Origin: a virus
Taxonomy: Duplodnaviria > Caudoviricetes
DNA length: 59,753 nt
Strand: one strand, 5' to 3'
Virus record (IMG/VR): IMGVR_UViG_3300016484_000665
Span: 1-59,753 of that record
Position 1 is the first letter of the stretch. Each line of letters begins with the position of its first letter. A model generated the notes under the pieces. The model saw only the letters and a list, made by a program, of their open reading frames with translations, ran no database searches and was not told where the DNA came from. Of this stretch, positions 48,301 to 56,764 are shown piece by piece. The translations under genes and the position numbers were made by a program.

Positions 48301-49123
48301 GCATCACTTCGGGGACGATGTCAGCCTGTGTCGGCACCAGCAGCGCGGTACCGGCGGTGAGCTTCATGATGATCTGATCGCCGGCAGCAGCGTTTGTCGG
48401 CGGGAAGTGCAACGTGGCGCCCGCTGTGCCGAAGTAATAATCGCCGTCCTCTTCGGTCAGGAACGGGTTGATCGAGGTGTGCAGCGTAGCGAGATCGCCG
48501 TCGCTGATGTCGTTGTCCCAGATCGCAGCCCAATAGATGATGCCTGGGAAGTACCACTGCGTAGCGTTGGTGCCACCACGGCGCCCAACGTTGATTTGGT
48601 TCATCGTGCCCATAGAGGACACTGCCGTGGTCACGTCATTTGTTTTGACGCCATCTACCCAGAGGGTGAAGTTATTGCCCGACCGGCGCCAAACAACAAC
48701 ATGAGCCTTGCCGTCGCCGGCATCGACCGCCGATGTCTCGAATTCATCAGTGCCTGATGGCGCATCGAATGCGCCACCAATCAAATCGGTATCGCCGACC
48801 CCGATGTCTACACGCTGGGTGCCCCCTGTGTTGCCGATCAGCAGCGGCTTCTTGATGGCCCCTGAGTCGGGATCAACAAGGAAGCGCACGGCAATCGTGA
48901 AGTCGCTGTCGAGGAACGTAGCCGATAGCCCGGCGGGGAACGACTGAGTGAAATAGTCATCGACCCCGTCGAAGTCCATCGCACCGAAAAGCTGGTCGGT
49001 GTTGACCGCAGGCGAGCTGTTCTTGGTCATCAGCGCCGCGCCGACGTGGTTGTAAAACTCGTTGTCCGCGCGGGCTCGCGAATTTACATCGATCTGCCAC
49101 TTGAGGTTGTCGGTGAGTGCCAT
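45383..49123 (-). CDS. Large fibre/spike protein with a LamG (ConA-like) domain and carbohydrate-binding-like modules
   Basis: AMDFDGVDDY..DFTIAVRF..DGKAHVVVW..LWVDG; NPLPYSATFSNSAW; ADVQIG. Confidence 0.75.
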   Translation of the reverse strand: MALTDNLKWQIDVNSRARADNEFYNHVGAALMTKNSSPAVNTDQLFGAMDFDGVDDYFTQSFPAGLSATFLDSDFTIAVRFLVDPDSGAIKKPLLIGNTGGTQRVDIGVGDTDLIGGAFDAPSGTDEFETSAVDAGDGKAHVVVWRRSGNNFTLWVDGVKTNDVTTAVSSMGTMNQINVGRRGGTNATQWYFPGIIYWAAIWDNDISDGDLATLHTSINPFLTEEDGDYYFGTAGATLHFPPTNAAAGDQIIMKLTAGTALLVPTQADIVPEVMPATFSVWAWDVSALTLLSRPDITVYIGQNRIVDTFTDTNGTALPDHTPDIDESTLGWAYAAENDTVAVPSSGVTIEGNKLRITAGGAGSVIETESTNQQVSVDIVVDATTQIHTIQFNWQDSANRLSLKITAADGTFQLNQRHLGVAYPGFGNGTYDLSALGSFTIDIASVDGAIDVYCEDTLVISAAVPPRALATTATKVGLFSVNQSGTYPIEYENFAANAEVPAEITLQTSGEAYNVKPPVVWNRMRWASMFGNALYSKQQCSTVVSSTVMNPDGKPAWKMIPSVAGSYAIYRYDFSLAEIPASTPISFAIDIYAGEFTSADISFYDRAGNYGSTGVFNASTGAWTSAANGSALGSATRRFEAITGGYRIYLENMSTGVGSSTPNVRINTYHGSGTMAGSNGCYFSRLQMDLLASLVDVPFIDTEHVPLRSDQVIVRAQGPHNPLPYSATFSNSAWQKTNLVLGDSLTFGGDTYNKIKENSATGAQFVLESLNLALNPALLTSVRFRFTSALRHAWVQVYGDTTSNHSYIAINPSTGAILFSAVVGTAAIHSSSAVELGTTTVDGVAGTKVWEVTFRLWPSTTSAALLNRLRFRSHNGSTDTHNGDGTSGIYLARIQICSGYDIPDYAETTSADPLFADVVDEVTVDGVTALIAGDNHFPQSRATNANGWGIGSNTTRVANGNLADDTYPGASSYIGNASGSNIYLNYNFSNLATGNWTVVCKARIVTGPKPTSGTILSCDYHNGTSVVRATVPISGSLLDGEWREFSVTFNNQVAGSRTMYFGADTNSLCEIAFADVQIGPYSAVTDHTPTLTAAVHVRDRSSAIVTLPPLTDFTDTGDHVNTGWMRNLPVVVEGLATGTIRVEPADVATNFGNLGPLESAVYPPAGLVEGDEVYGVVDEGEGTFDPVTCDFTVTSGPLSGTIYGYAVEAGAWVTPRTVTGLEAPAAAPVEIIATEMPGRAYGRLRGR

Positions 49124-52100
49124 CAGTCGAGTACCAGCACGTAGTCGTTATCCACCGCTGCAGTGTTCGGCGGGTCGAATGAGGTCGATGCGCTTTTTGT
49201 GAGCGGATCGGCAATCGAGGTGTACGCCCCTGTGCGCGGGTTGAACCAGCGCGCACGGATGCTACCGGACAATGCGTTTGTGTTAAGGCTGAAGGTGTTG
49301 CCCTTCGGCGCGTAGGCAATCAGCACCGACGAGTCGCCTTTCTTCAGAACGCTAAGGTACGTGTCGGTCCCCACGGCGCTGGATCCGGCGCCCGAGGTGA
49401 TCAGGTTGCGGGCAGGTGCGTTACTTTCATCGTGGTACGTGGCCCAGAATGTCTTGAAGTGCGTGTAAATGTCGTCCGCCCCGACCGCAGGTGTCGCACC
49501 ACCAGGCAGGTACTCCTCCCAGCCGGCGTTGAAATCCCAGACCGCGGTGTGACCGTAGGTGTAACCCGCGCCACCCGACAACACATGCGTCCATGCACCC
49601 ATGCGGACATGCCAAGGTGAGTCCTCTGCGTCGTTCACGTCGGTCGATTCGTAGTTCAGTTCGCCCTGCAGCACCGGCATAACCGGAGTCAGCGCGTAGT
49701 CCCGGTCGGTGTTGACCCGGTTCACGTTGTTGTCGCCGGCCTGCAGCATCGAGAAGTTCAGCCAGCTTTCGTTGCTGAAGTGCCCGCGTGAGGAGCCCTT
49801 GCCCGGCGGATCGTAGTTGTATCCGCTGTCCGGGTGGATCGTAACCAGCGTCGATGCGTGCGAATGGGTCTGCAGCGCATTCGCGGCAGCGTTGATGACC
49901 GCCAATTGGTTCGCTGTCAGCGCGGTCGTGTTCTGCGTGACCGCGTGCGTTGTGGGGTTCACTTCCCATGCGACCTTGCTGTACTCGCCCGCAACAATCC
50001 ACATGATGTGCTTCTCTGCCGCGTACCGCTGCGCGATCCACGTTGCGTAGTTTGTAGCCCAGGTGGTGGCAGAGCACGACGGCGCAGCAGAGGCAGCACC
50101 ATCGACGCAGAACAGGCGGTCAATCGACGAGCCGAATGCCAGCGGAATCGCAGCAATCATGCCCAGGCGTTTCGTTTCGCTAACGAAGTGGTCGAGGTTG
50201 CCCACGCCACTGAACCAGCTCGAGCGCATGCGCGGGTTGCTGGTGCCGGTATCACACCCGGTGGTTTCGCTGGCGTTACAGAAGAGGTCATTGGTGGTGT
50301 ACGGCGGCCACGCATCGTCCGTCTGTGCCGGACTGCCCGCCTGGGCGATCTGACAGCCGCGTGCCGCCTCGGCCTCCAACCACTGCGTGACCTTGGCACT
50401 GGTGATGGTCTTGATGCGCCAGCCGGTGCAGCCGACCATGATCGAGGGCGATCCGTTCCAGCGCAGGTAGCGGCCATTCGGGCTCACCGACACGGAGGGT
50501 TGCGTCTCGGGTGTTGGCTCAGTGCCAGTACCTTCGAAGGGGCCAATGTCTACGTTCGCGGTGGCTGCAACACCGTTGCGGTCGTAGTACCGGATCTTGG
50601 CGAAGTTCGTCCGCTTCTGTGCGGTGTCCAGCGCGTAGGGATAGGTCGAGACTGACCATGTGCGGTCATATGCGGTGTGGTTCGCGACACCTACCGTGGT
50701 CGATGGGGTTGCCGTTCCCGCGTTGAGCAGCGGACTGCCTGCCAACGGCTTTGCGTCATCCGGGTCGATCAGGCCGTTTGCCACGCCACGGGTGCGCCAG
50801 TGGTCGCGGTTGGTCGTATTGTTGACCGGGTTACGCGCGAGCAACGGGTCGATGGCCGCTGAACTGTTTACGTCGTTGGCGCCCTTGCACTCGTTGAAGT
50901 TGGTGTTGCTGGCGGTCTTGGTGAAAGCGTTGTAGTTCGCGACGAGGTCGGGGCGACAGATCGAGGTCAGTGAACTGCTCGATTCATCAACAAGGTTGTT
51001 GTACATGCTCGCACCACCGGCAGCGGTGTCTACGTCCAAGGCGTCTGTGATAGCCCGGTTGTTGACGGCGATGAAGGCGTTGTTGGCAAGATGATAGCCG
51101 ACCCTCTTGGGCCGAATTCCTGTGCGCCTGTGCGTGCTCTGGAATTGCACCCCGAACACCGCGCCGGTAGGGTCAGCGTTGGCGAAAATACTGTTGCGGA
51201 TGATGTTGTTGTCGTTGTCCCCGAGCAAGGGGTGGTTGACTACATCCTCGTATCCAATCAGCAAACCAGAGCCGAACGCATTGCTATTCGGGTATCCGCC
51301 GAGCAGTTTGCCGTTGTCATGCGACACAAGCCCATCCCAGACAATGTCTGACGAGCCGTCCTGATATGCAGCCGAAAGACTGTTAGTGCAAACCAAGCCA
51401 CGAACGGTAACGTGCGTGCTCATCAACGGATTGAAGCACTCGCCCGCGCTGCCATAAGAACCCATAGCCTCGACGACACCGTAGGCGCGCACTGATCGAG
51501 CGATCAGGAAAGAGCCCGTCCAGCCACCACCACGCGCCACACCCAGCGGGCCTGCTGTTGATCCACCGGACTTGCCGCAGTTCTGCACCAGTCCCGGGTT
51601 GCGAGGGCGCAGCACATGCTGTACGCCGCCTGTCGTTGTGATTGTGGCGCCTAGAGTTGCGATGTCGGTGACGACTGTCGGGCTGGTGCGGTTGAGCGTT
51701 TCGCTCGCGGTCATGTCGCCGCTGCCCACCGTTTCGGTCACGTACAGGACGCCTGCCGCTGTGCCTGCTGCCCATGAGCCGCTGGTAAGGGAAATCTCTT
51801 GAATTCGAAGCGTCTTGCCGCTGGTGGCGCCCCGGATGCGGTCATTCACCGCGATCTGGCTGGGTCCGCCCGATGTGTAGTTCACCTCGAACTGTGCGCC
51901 CGACAGACCGCCCCGCTGCTGCTGGTTGGAGCAGTGCGATGCGTTCTCGTTGATGATGTACGACATGAACGGGTGCCGGTGCCCGACGTTGTGAATCCAG
52001 TTCTGGTGCCCGTTGTCGTGACTGCCTGAGTCCATCAACCAACTTTCGCGCACCTTGTCTTCCTGCGGAGCACCACCCAGCGACAGGTTCCATGCGCCAC

Positions 52101-53118
52101 CACCGATGCAGTGGCTATATCGCACCATCAAGCCGCGCACAGTGATGTAGGAGCCCCCGAAGTTGATCTGCATGACCTGCGGGTTTAAGCATTCCGGGGG
52201 GAAGCCACCCGTAAACCGGGCAAGACCCACTTCCAAGTCATCCCTGTCGAGCGTGCCGGTAACGTAGAACGGCTCCAGCGTTTCACTGCCCGGCGGCCCG
52301 ATCTTCTTGTAATTCGGCTCATCCCTGTTCCACTGCAGTCGCCCGCCCAGCGAACCCTGCCAGACAGCAGTCGGCGCATTGCTGTTTGCCGGGTCGAGGT
52401 AGTACGCACCGAATACCGCATGATTGGTGGAATCCACCCCGCCGTGCGTGATGTACCAACCCTGACGGTCGGTGTCGTAACCGAAATCGCAACCGGAGCG
52501 GAACCACACATCCGTGCCGGCAGTCAGTGACCCCTGGTTCTGCTCCAAGTCCTCAATGCTGTCCCACGCGCCATTCGCGCCACTGAGTGCAGAGGTGGTG
52601 CCGTTGCCACCAGCCGCCGCGTTGCAGTCAATGAAGCGTCCAGTCAGGGCGGTTCCTGGTGGCGTGTCATCAACCAATGATTTGAAGCTGAACCGCAGGA
52701 CGCGAGTCGGCTTACCTGCAGTCGGCACGTAAACAGCTTGGCCGTGATACGTCGTGTTCGCAGTGAGCCCGCTGAACGAATACGAGTAGGTCTGAGCAGC
52801 CGATACAGCGATGGCGCCGCTGTGTTTCGCCGCCCCCGTGCCGCGCCTGACGGTCTGCCATGAGCGTCCGGTGTCTGTCGTCAGCAGGTACAGGTAGACA
52901 GACCCGTTCGTGCCGGTGACGTTGACGGAGACTGTCGCCGTTGTGCTGGTGACGCTGGAAATCCCGGCAAGCGAAATGATCTTCGGGCAGTACGTGTCCA
53001 GTTGGCCACGTGGGGCGGCAGATCCGTCCGGGCAGCGCCGGTAGTCGAATTGTTCGGCAGCGTTGGCGCCGAAACAAAGCGTGAGGAGGAGCGCGGCCCA
53101 GAGTGATTTAAACGCCAT
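49123..53118 (-). CDS. Signal-peptide protein: FN3-like + parallel beta-helix + DUF4038/GH140-like hydrolase + collagen-binding-like domain
   Basis: MAFKSLWAALLLTLCFGANA signal; SGLTANTTYH; NNIIRNSIF; SPNGRYL..WIVAGEY..TIHP..GELNYE..GYTYGH; WFNPRTG..DYVLVL. Confidence 0.8.
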   Translation of the reverse strand: MAFKSLWAALLLTLCFGANAAEQFDYRRCPDGSAAPRGQLDTYCPKIISLAGISSVTSTTATVSVNVTGTNGSVYLYLLTTDTGRSWQTVRRGTGAAKHSGAIAVSAAQTYSYSFSGLTANTTYHGQAVYVPTAGKPTRVLRFSFKSLVDDTPPGTALTGRFIDCNAAAGGNGTTSALSGANGAWDSIEDLEQNQGSLTAGTDVWFRSGCDFGYDTDRQGWYITHGGVDSTNHAVFGAYYLDPANSNAPTAVWQGSLGGRLQWNRDEPNYKKIGPPGSETLEPFYVTGTLDRDDLEVGLARFTGGFPPECLNPQVMQINFGGSYITVRGLMVRYSHCIGGGAWNLSLGGAPQEDKVRESWLMDSGSHDNGHQNWIHNVGHRHPFMSYIINENASHCSNQQQRGGLSGAQFEVNYTSGGPSQIAVNDRIRGATSGKTLRIQEISLTSGSWAAGTAAGVLYVTETVGSGDMTASETLNRTSPTVVTDIATLGATITTTGGVQHVLRPRNPGLVQNCGKSGGSTAGPLGVARGGGWTGSFLIARSVRAYGVVEAMGSYGSAGECFNPLMSTHVTVRGLVCTNSLSAAYQDGSSDIVWDGLVSHDNGKLLGGYPNSNAFGSGLLIGYEDVVNHPLLGDNDNNIIRNSIFANADPTGAVFGVQFQSTHRRTGIRPKRVGYHLANNAFIAVNNRAITDALDVDTAAGGASMYNNLVDESSSSLTSICRPDLVANYNAFTKTASNTNFNECKGANDVNSSAAIDPLLARNPVNNTTNRDHWRTRGVANGLIDPDDAKPLAGSPLLNAGTATPSTTVGVANHTAYDRTWSVSTYPYALDTAQKRTNFAKIRYYDRNGVAATANVDIGPFEGTGTEPTPETQPSVSVSPNGRYLRWNGSPSIMVGCTGWRIKTITSAKVTQWLEAEAARGCQIAQAGSPAQTDDAWPPYTTNDLFCNASETTGCDTGTSNPRMRSSWFSGVGNLDHFVSETKRLGMIAAIPLAFGSSIDRLFCVDGAASAAPSCSATTWATNYATWIAQRYAAEKHIMWIVAGEYSKVAWEVNPTTHAVTQNTTALTANQLAVINAAANALQTHSHASTLVTIHPDSGYNYDPPGKGSSRGHFSNESWLNFSMLQAGDNNVNRVNTDRDYALTPVMPVLQGELNYESTDVNDAEDSPWHVRMGAWTHVLSGGAGYTYGHTAVWDFNAGWEEYLPGGATPAVGADDIYTHFKTFWATYHDESNAPARNLITSGAGSSAVGTDTYLSVLKKGDSSVLIAYAPKGNTFSLNTNALSGSIRARWFNPRTGAYTSIADPLTKSASTSFDPPNTAAVDNDYVLVLD

Positions 53119-53590
53119 TGGCTTTGATCTCCTCGAAAACGGCAGTGACGTCCGCCAGGGTGTAGGCGTACTTCTCGGCATGAGGGCGTTTGTCCGCCCG
53201 CTTGAACAGTCGCTTGCCAGCGGCCTTTGCAGCCCGGCGTTGATTGCGGCGTGTGTCTTTACGCGCGACGCGCTTGATGGCGCGCAGCGCCCCCCTTTGA
53301 TCGGCGATATCGCCTTCCCCGGGCTCTCCCTCTACGAGCTCGAACGCCTCGAGGTCCGCCTCTTCATCGGCATCGTCGAGGTCGATGAATTCGTGCTCAT
53401 CGTTCGCCATCGCCGCCCAGGTGGACCATATGGCGTCGGCGAACATGGATGCCGGGTTGTCGCGGAGCCAGCCCCGCACGTCTTCGGGTTTGTTGCCGCC
53501 TCGCGCCCAGAGAAAGTCCAGGCATATGCGCCGCAGGTGATCGGTCGGAGATTCATCCGGCAAACGTTCGGTGTAGTCGGCGATCGACAT
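53108..53590 (-). CDS. Hypothetical protein with acidic and basic blocks
   Basis: 160 aa in the operon. Confidence 0.6.
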   Translation of the reverse strand: MSIADYTERLPDESPTDHLRRICLDFLWARGGNKPEDVRGWLRDNPASMFADAIWSTWAAMANDEHEFIDLDDADEEADLEAFELVEGEPGEGDIADQRGALRAIKRVARKDTRRNQRRAAKAAGKRLFKRADKRPHAEKYAYTLADVTAVFEEIKANGV

Positions 53591-53593
53591 GGG

Positions 53594-53863
53594 CTACTCG
53601 CCGGAGGGCGCGTTGCCGCAGGTGTTTATCTCGCAGTTGTCTTGCTTCATGTGAACGCAAGTCCCGGTGACGGGGTTCACCTGAACGAATTGGCACGTCT
53701 CTCCGTGCGCACCACCAACGGGGGCTGGACCTACACTGCCAGTGATTTTCGAAAGCCGTGTGATGCTGGTCCCGCTTTCGGCGGTGAGCGGTAAGTAAGT
53801 GCCTGCACACCCCGCAAGGAGCATTGTGGCCGCAATGAACAGGAGGGGGAGAAATCGAAACAT
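53594..53863 (-). CDS. Lipoprotein
   Basis: Hydrophobic signal ending in lipobox LLAG-C. Confidence 0.75.
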   Translation of the reverse strand: MFRFLPLLFIAATMLLAGCAGTYLPLTAESGTSITRLSKITGSVGPAPVGGAHGETCQFVQVNPVTGTCVHMKQDNCEINTCGNAPSGE

Positions 53864-53917
53864 GGTGCGATCCTGTATCGGAGTCGCACCGAAGCGTACA
53901 CCGTTACCGTGCCGCGG

Positions 53918-54436
53918 TCATCTTGAGGTCGGCGCAGGGTAGGGGCCGAACATATCAAGGGGGTACGCCTGCAGCCGGCGTACGAATTCCTCTGGCCGGC
54001 CGGCGCCCAGACGGGTGTTGTAATGCTGCTTCCAGATCTGTGCCAGCGCCCAATCTGAATGTTCAGTAGGCATCCCGAACGGGCGCCGGTAGTAGTGCAT
54101 CCGGGTCATTACGGTCGCGTAGGCCATGTTCGTAACGAGCTCCTGCGCAACCGGCCGCGGAAACCCTGGCGTTCCGATTGCCCGACTGAAGGAGCGCACG
54201 CGCGCGTTCCACACCGGCTTGCGAGCAAGCCAGTGGATCCAGATATCGTCATGAGTGGCGGGCTCCATTTGGTATACCCCAAGCGCCGGCCCTCGAGGGG
54301 TCTGAGCCAGCCACGTCAGATTGCTTTCGACCAGTGCAGTACCCAACAGCAGCCGCTCCGCGGCCGGTGTGTACAAGCCCAGCTCCAGCAACGTCGGGCG
54401 GATAACCAGCGTGACGAACTGTTTTACATCGATCAT
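53918..54436 (-). CDS. Endolysin, lysozyme-like fold
   Basis: LLLGTALVES (catalytic Glu), GPALGVYQMEPAT, WKQHYNT. Confidence 0.8.
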   Translation of the reverse strand: MIDVKQFVTLVIRPTLLELGLYTPAAERLLLGTALVESNLTWLAQTPRGPALGVYQMEPATHDDIWIHWLARKPVWNARVRSFSRAIGTPGFPRPVAQELVTNMAYATVMTRMHYYRRPFGMPTEHSDWALAQIWKQHYNTRLGAGRPEEFVRRLQAYPLDMFGPYPAPTSR

Positions 54437-54957
54437 GACGGTTGCCCTTGTGTGTGTGGATACAGATCGCCCTCCCGCCACAGGCGCACCGCGCGGTCGC
54501 ACAGCGCCTTGATACCCGAAGGCGACAGCAACACGGATCGATCGGATCCCGCGCTTTCCCACTCCTCGAATACCCGAAGAGCAGCCGCGTGCTGCGACGG
54601 CTGCAGTGGTATGCCCATACGTGCAGGATCATAGCCAAGCAGCAGTTGACCCACTGCCGCGCGCAAGCGGCCTTCGGCCATGTCCTCATCAGACAGTGTG
54701 ACCGGTTCTCGACGAAGCAATGGGCGCGGTTGCACGTGACTAATGATGGCCAGCAGGTCGGCCGCTCGAGGGGCGCCCGTCTTCGTCGTATCCTGCAGCC
54801 AGGCGGTGTAGGCCGACTCAATGCGGCCCATTTGTTGCCCCTTCAGCGCATCCTCCCAGGTCAGGATCACCTCATCGGTGGGCGGACGCTTGTCGTAGTA
54901 GGCGTGCACGCGGCGAACGAACGCCGCCATTGTCGGACTCACGGGTGCAGTCATCAC
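54433..54957 (-). CDS. Possible helicase-loader/inhibitor-like replication protein
   Basis: TWEDALK...AYTAWLQ..GAPRAADLL resembles lambda P / G39P-like N-termini. Confidence 0.45.
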   Translation of the reverse strand: MMTAPVSPTMAAFVRRVHAYYDKRPPTDEVILTWEDALKGQQMGRIESAYTAWLQDTTKTGAPRAADLLAIISHVQPRPLLRREPVTLSDEDMAEGRLRAAVGQLLLGYDPARMGIPLQPSQHAAALRVFEEWESAGSDRSVLLSPSGIKALCDRAVRLWREGDLYPHTQGQPS

Positions 54958-55298
54958 GCGCCTCCCATCTTCCCAAGAATGTTATCGATCGGCCGCCGCA
55001 ACAGAAGCTCTGCCCCTGCCCGCGCTGCGCGTTCGGCATCCGATATCATGTCTGATCGGCGATCCTGCAACAGCCGATCAATCTCGGCCGCTTTGGACAC
55101 CACCTGTTCAGCGGTATACGGGAGTCCGCCTTGCAGAACCGCGATTGTCAGCGCTGTTAACCGTTGCAGCTTGGCGTCTGCAGTCTCCCCGATCCTGCTG
55201 GCTATGCCCCCAAGGTGGAATTCACAACGTTCGCACTCCTGTTCATGCGAAACACCGTGGCGACAGCGCGGTCCCGAATCCAGATCACTTGTTGCCAT
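54954..55298 (-). CDS. Hypothetical protein with CxHGVSHx3CxxC motif
   Basis: CRHGVSHEQECERC; AAGGA RBS. Confidence 0.6.
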   Translation of the reverse strand: MATSDLDSGPRCRHGVSHEQECERCEFHLGGIASRIGETADAKLQRLTALTIAVLQGGLPYTAEQVVSKAAEIDRLLQDRRSDMISDAERAARAGAELLLRRPIDNILGKMGGA

Positions 55299-55749
55299 TG
55301 TTCGACATCCTTTCGAGATATTCTCGCCATTCGACCTCGGCCTGGGGCACATCGATACTCTGGTGAATAGCCCGAAATGACGCGGACGGGCGCCGCACCG
55401 CTTTCGCCTCAATGTCTATAACCGCCTTCATGAAGTGCGCGCGCATCACCTTGCCGTGCGCTTCGAAAACCTCGTTCAGCCGCATCGCTTCGTAGATCAG
55501 TTCAGTGAACGGGAATGGTCCGATAGGCATACCCCTCGACACCAATGCTTGCGCCCAGGCAGTGATATCGTTCGTGAACTCCTTGGCCTCCGCACGCCCG
55601 CGCTCGACCCCATCCATGACAGCGAGCTTGCAGATATTGCACGCCATCCCGTGTGACACGCCATGTACGCATTTATCTGCGACCGCCTTGCTCTTCGGCT
55701 TCGGTTTCGCAGGTTTGGTTCTGACCGGCTTCGCCTTCTGTTTCGCCAT
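55285..55749 (-). CDS. Hypothetical protein with basic N-terminus and CxHGVSHx3CxxC motif
   Basis: CVHGVSHGMACNIC; GGAG RBS. Confidence 0.65.
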   Translation of the reverse strand: MAKQKAKPVRTKPAKPKPKSKAVADKCVHGVSHGMACNICKLAVMDGVERGRAEAKEFTNDITAWAQALVSRGMPIGPFPFTELIYEAMRLNEVFEAHGKVMRAHFMKAVIDIEAKAVRRPSASFRAIHQSIDVPQAEVEWREYLERMSNNGNK

Positions 55750-56281
55750 CGACTTTCTCCGTTTCGCCCATAAAGACCGCTGGGTGCGTAGGATGCCCCA
55801 CAAGCGGCGATGTCCAACGAATCCAAACTGTCATCCCGGTCTTCGCGTCCTGCTGGTGACCGCAACCGCCCTGAGCCATTGGCACCACTGACGGATGTTT
55901 TAGCGCCGCACCTTGAGCGCCTGGCGTTCGTTGTGTGTTTCCCGGACTTGCGCCTAGAGGTCACCGGGTAACTGAGCCTCACCCTTGCGGGCTGCTGCTT
56001 GCATGGAGTGTTGGGGGAGGGGACAATGGCGTTGGTAGGTTGCCTTGCGTCCAGTGTAGTTCCTGTGTCCCTGTGTCCTTCCCCCGCACGCTTGATGCAA
56101 AGGCGATTGAAAGGAAAACCCCGCGAGATTTCACAGTCAAGCGGGGTTTTCTTTTTCAGCTTGTCGTCTTGTGATGGTAAGCGATCACTTGCGCCCTGCG
56201 CGTTGTGTAGCCTGCGCTGGCCCCTATGGCCACTGCGCAGGCGGAACAACGATGAAGCAGGGCGCGGTACGGTCTGATCGC
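55750..56281. other. Structured non-coding region (candidate ncRNA or origin)
   Basis: Largest intergenic gap; stems at 56191-56265, 56114-56151 and ~55999-56100. Confidence 0.5.
56114..56157. terminator. Bidirectional rho-independent terminator-like hairpin
   Basis: GAAAACCCCGC-N16-GCGGGGTTTTC with T-runs on both strands. Confidence 0.6.
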
Positions 56282-56764
56282 CTATCCGCGCGAATTCCCG
56301 CGAAATGAAAGCGCTGCCAACGGCTCATACGGTTTACCTGGTCTGCCTCCAAGACGCACGCCAGCATGGACCCATTGGCGCCGGATCCAGCTCATTCCGT
56401 CCTCGCCACAGATCCTGACCAGCTCCGCATCAGCAAAACGCTTCCAGTCCTTTCTGAATGCGCCCGGGAGTGTCGGAATGATCTGGTACAGCGCATCGTG
56501 CACGAGCGATCCGCGCATGAAGTTCACAGTGTCGAGTGCAGGACCGGTACTGCCGTCCCATGCGTAACCATTCCTGATCAACAGGGTTGCCCTGGACAAC
56601 ATGGCTACGGGCGATGCGCCGTGACCACCATCGATGGTGTATTCCGCCTCGGGGAAACCACTGCCCAGCGTTGGCGAATTAAACAGTTTGTGCGTGTAGT
56701 CCTGCTTCAGCAGATACTTGTACTTGGGGTGCTTGATCAGGTCATACCTGATGTATTCAGACAT
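56282..56764 (-). CDS. DUF1353-like protein
   Basis: GYAWDGST...GSLVHDALYQ...AD. Confidence 0.7.
   Translation of the reverse strand: MSEYIRYDLIKHPKYKYLLKQDYTHKLFNSPTLGSGFPEAEYTIDGGHGASPVAMLSRATLLIRNGYAWDGSTGPALDTVNFMRGSLVHDALYQIIPTLPGAFRKDWKRFADAELVRICGEDGMSWIRRQWVHAGVRLGGRPGKPYEPLAALSFRGNSRG

Noticed and set aside
53594-53863. Spanin call for the lipoprotein
   Set aside because: No adjacent i-spanin and no C-terminal TM helix for a u-spanin, so function is left open.
55497-56249. 250-aa minus-strand ORF across the structured region
   Set aside because: R/S-rich with a weak start, runs through a terminator-like hairpin and overlaps a better gene.
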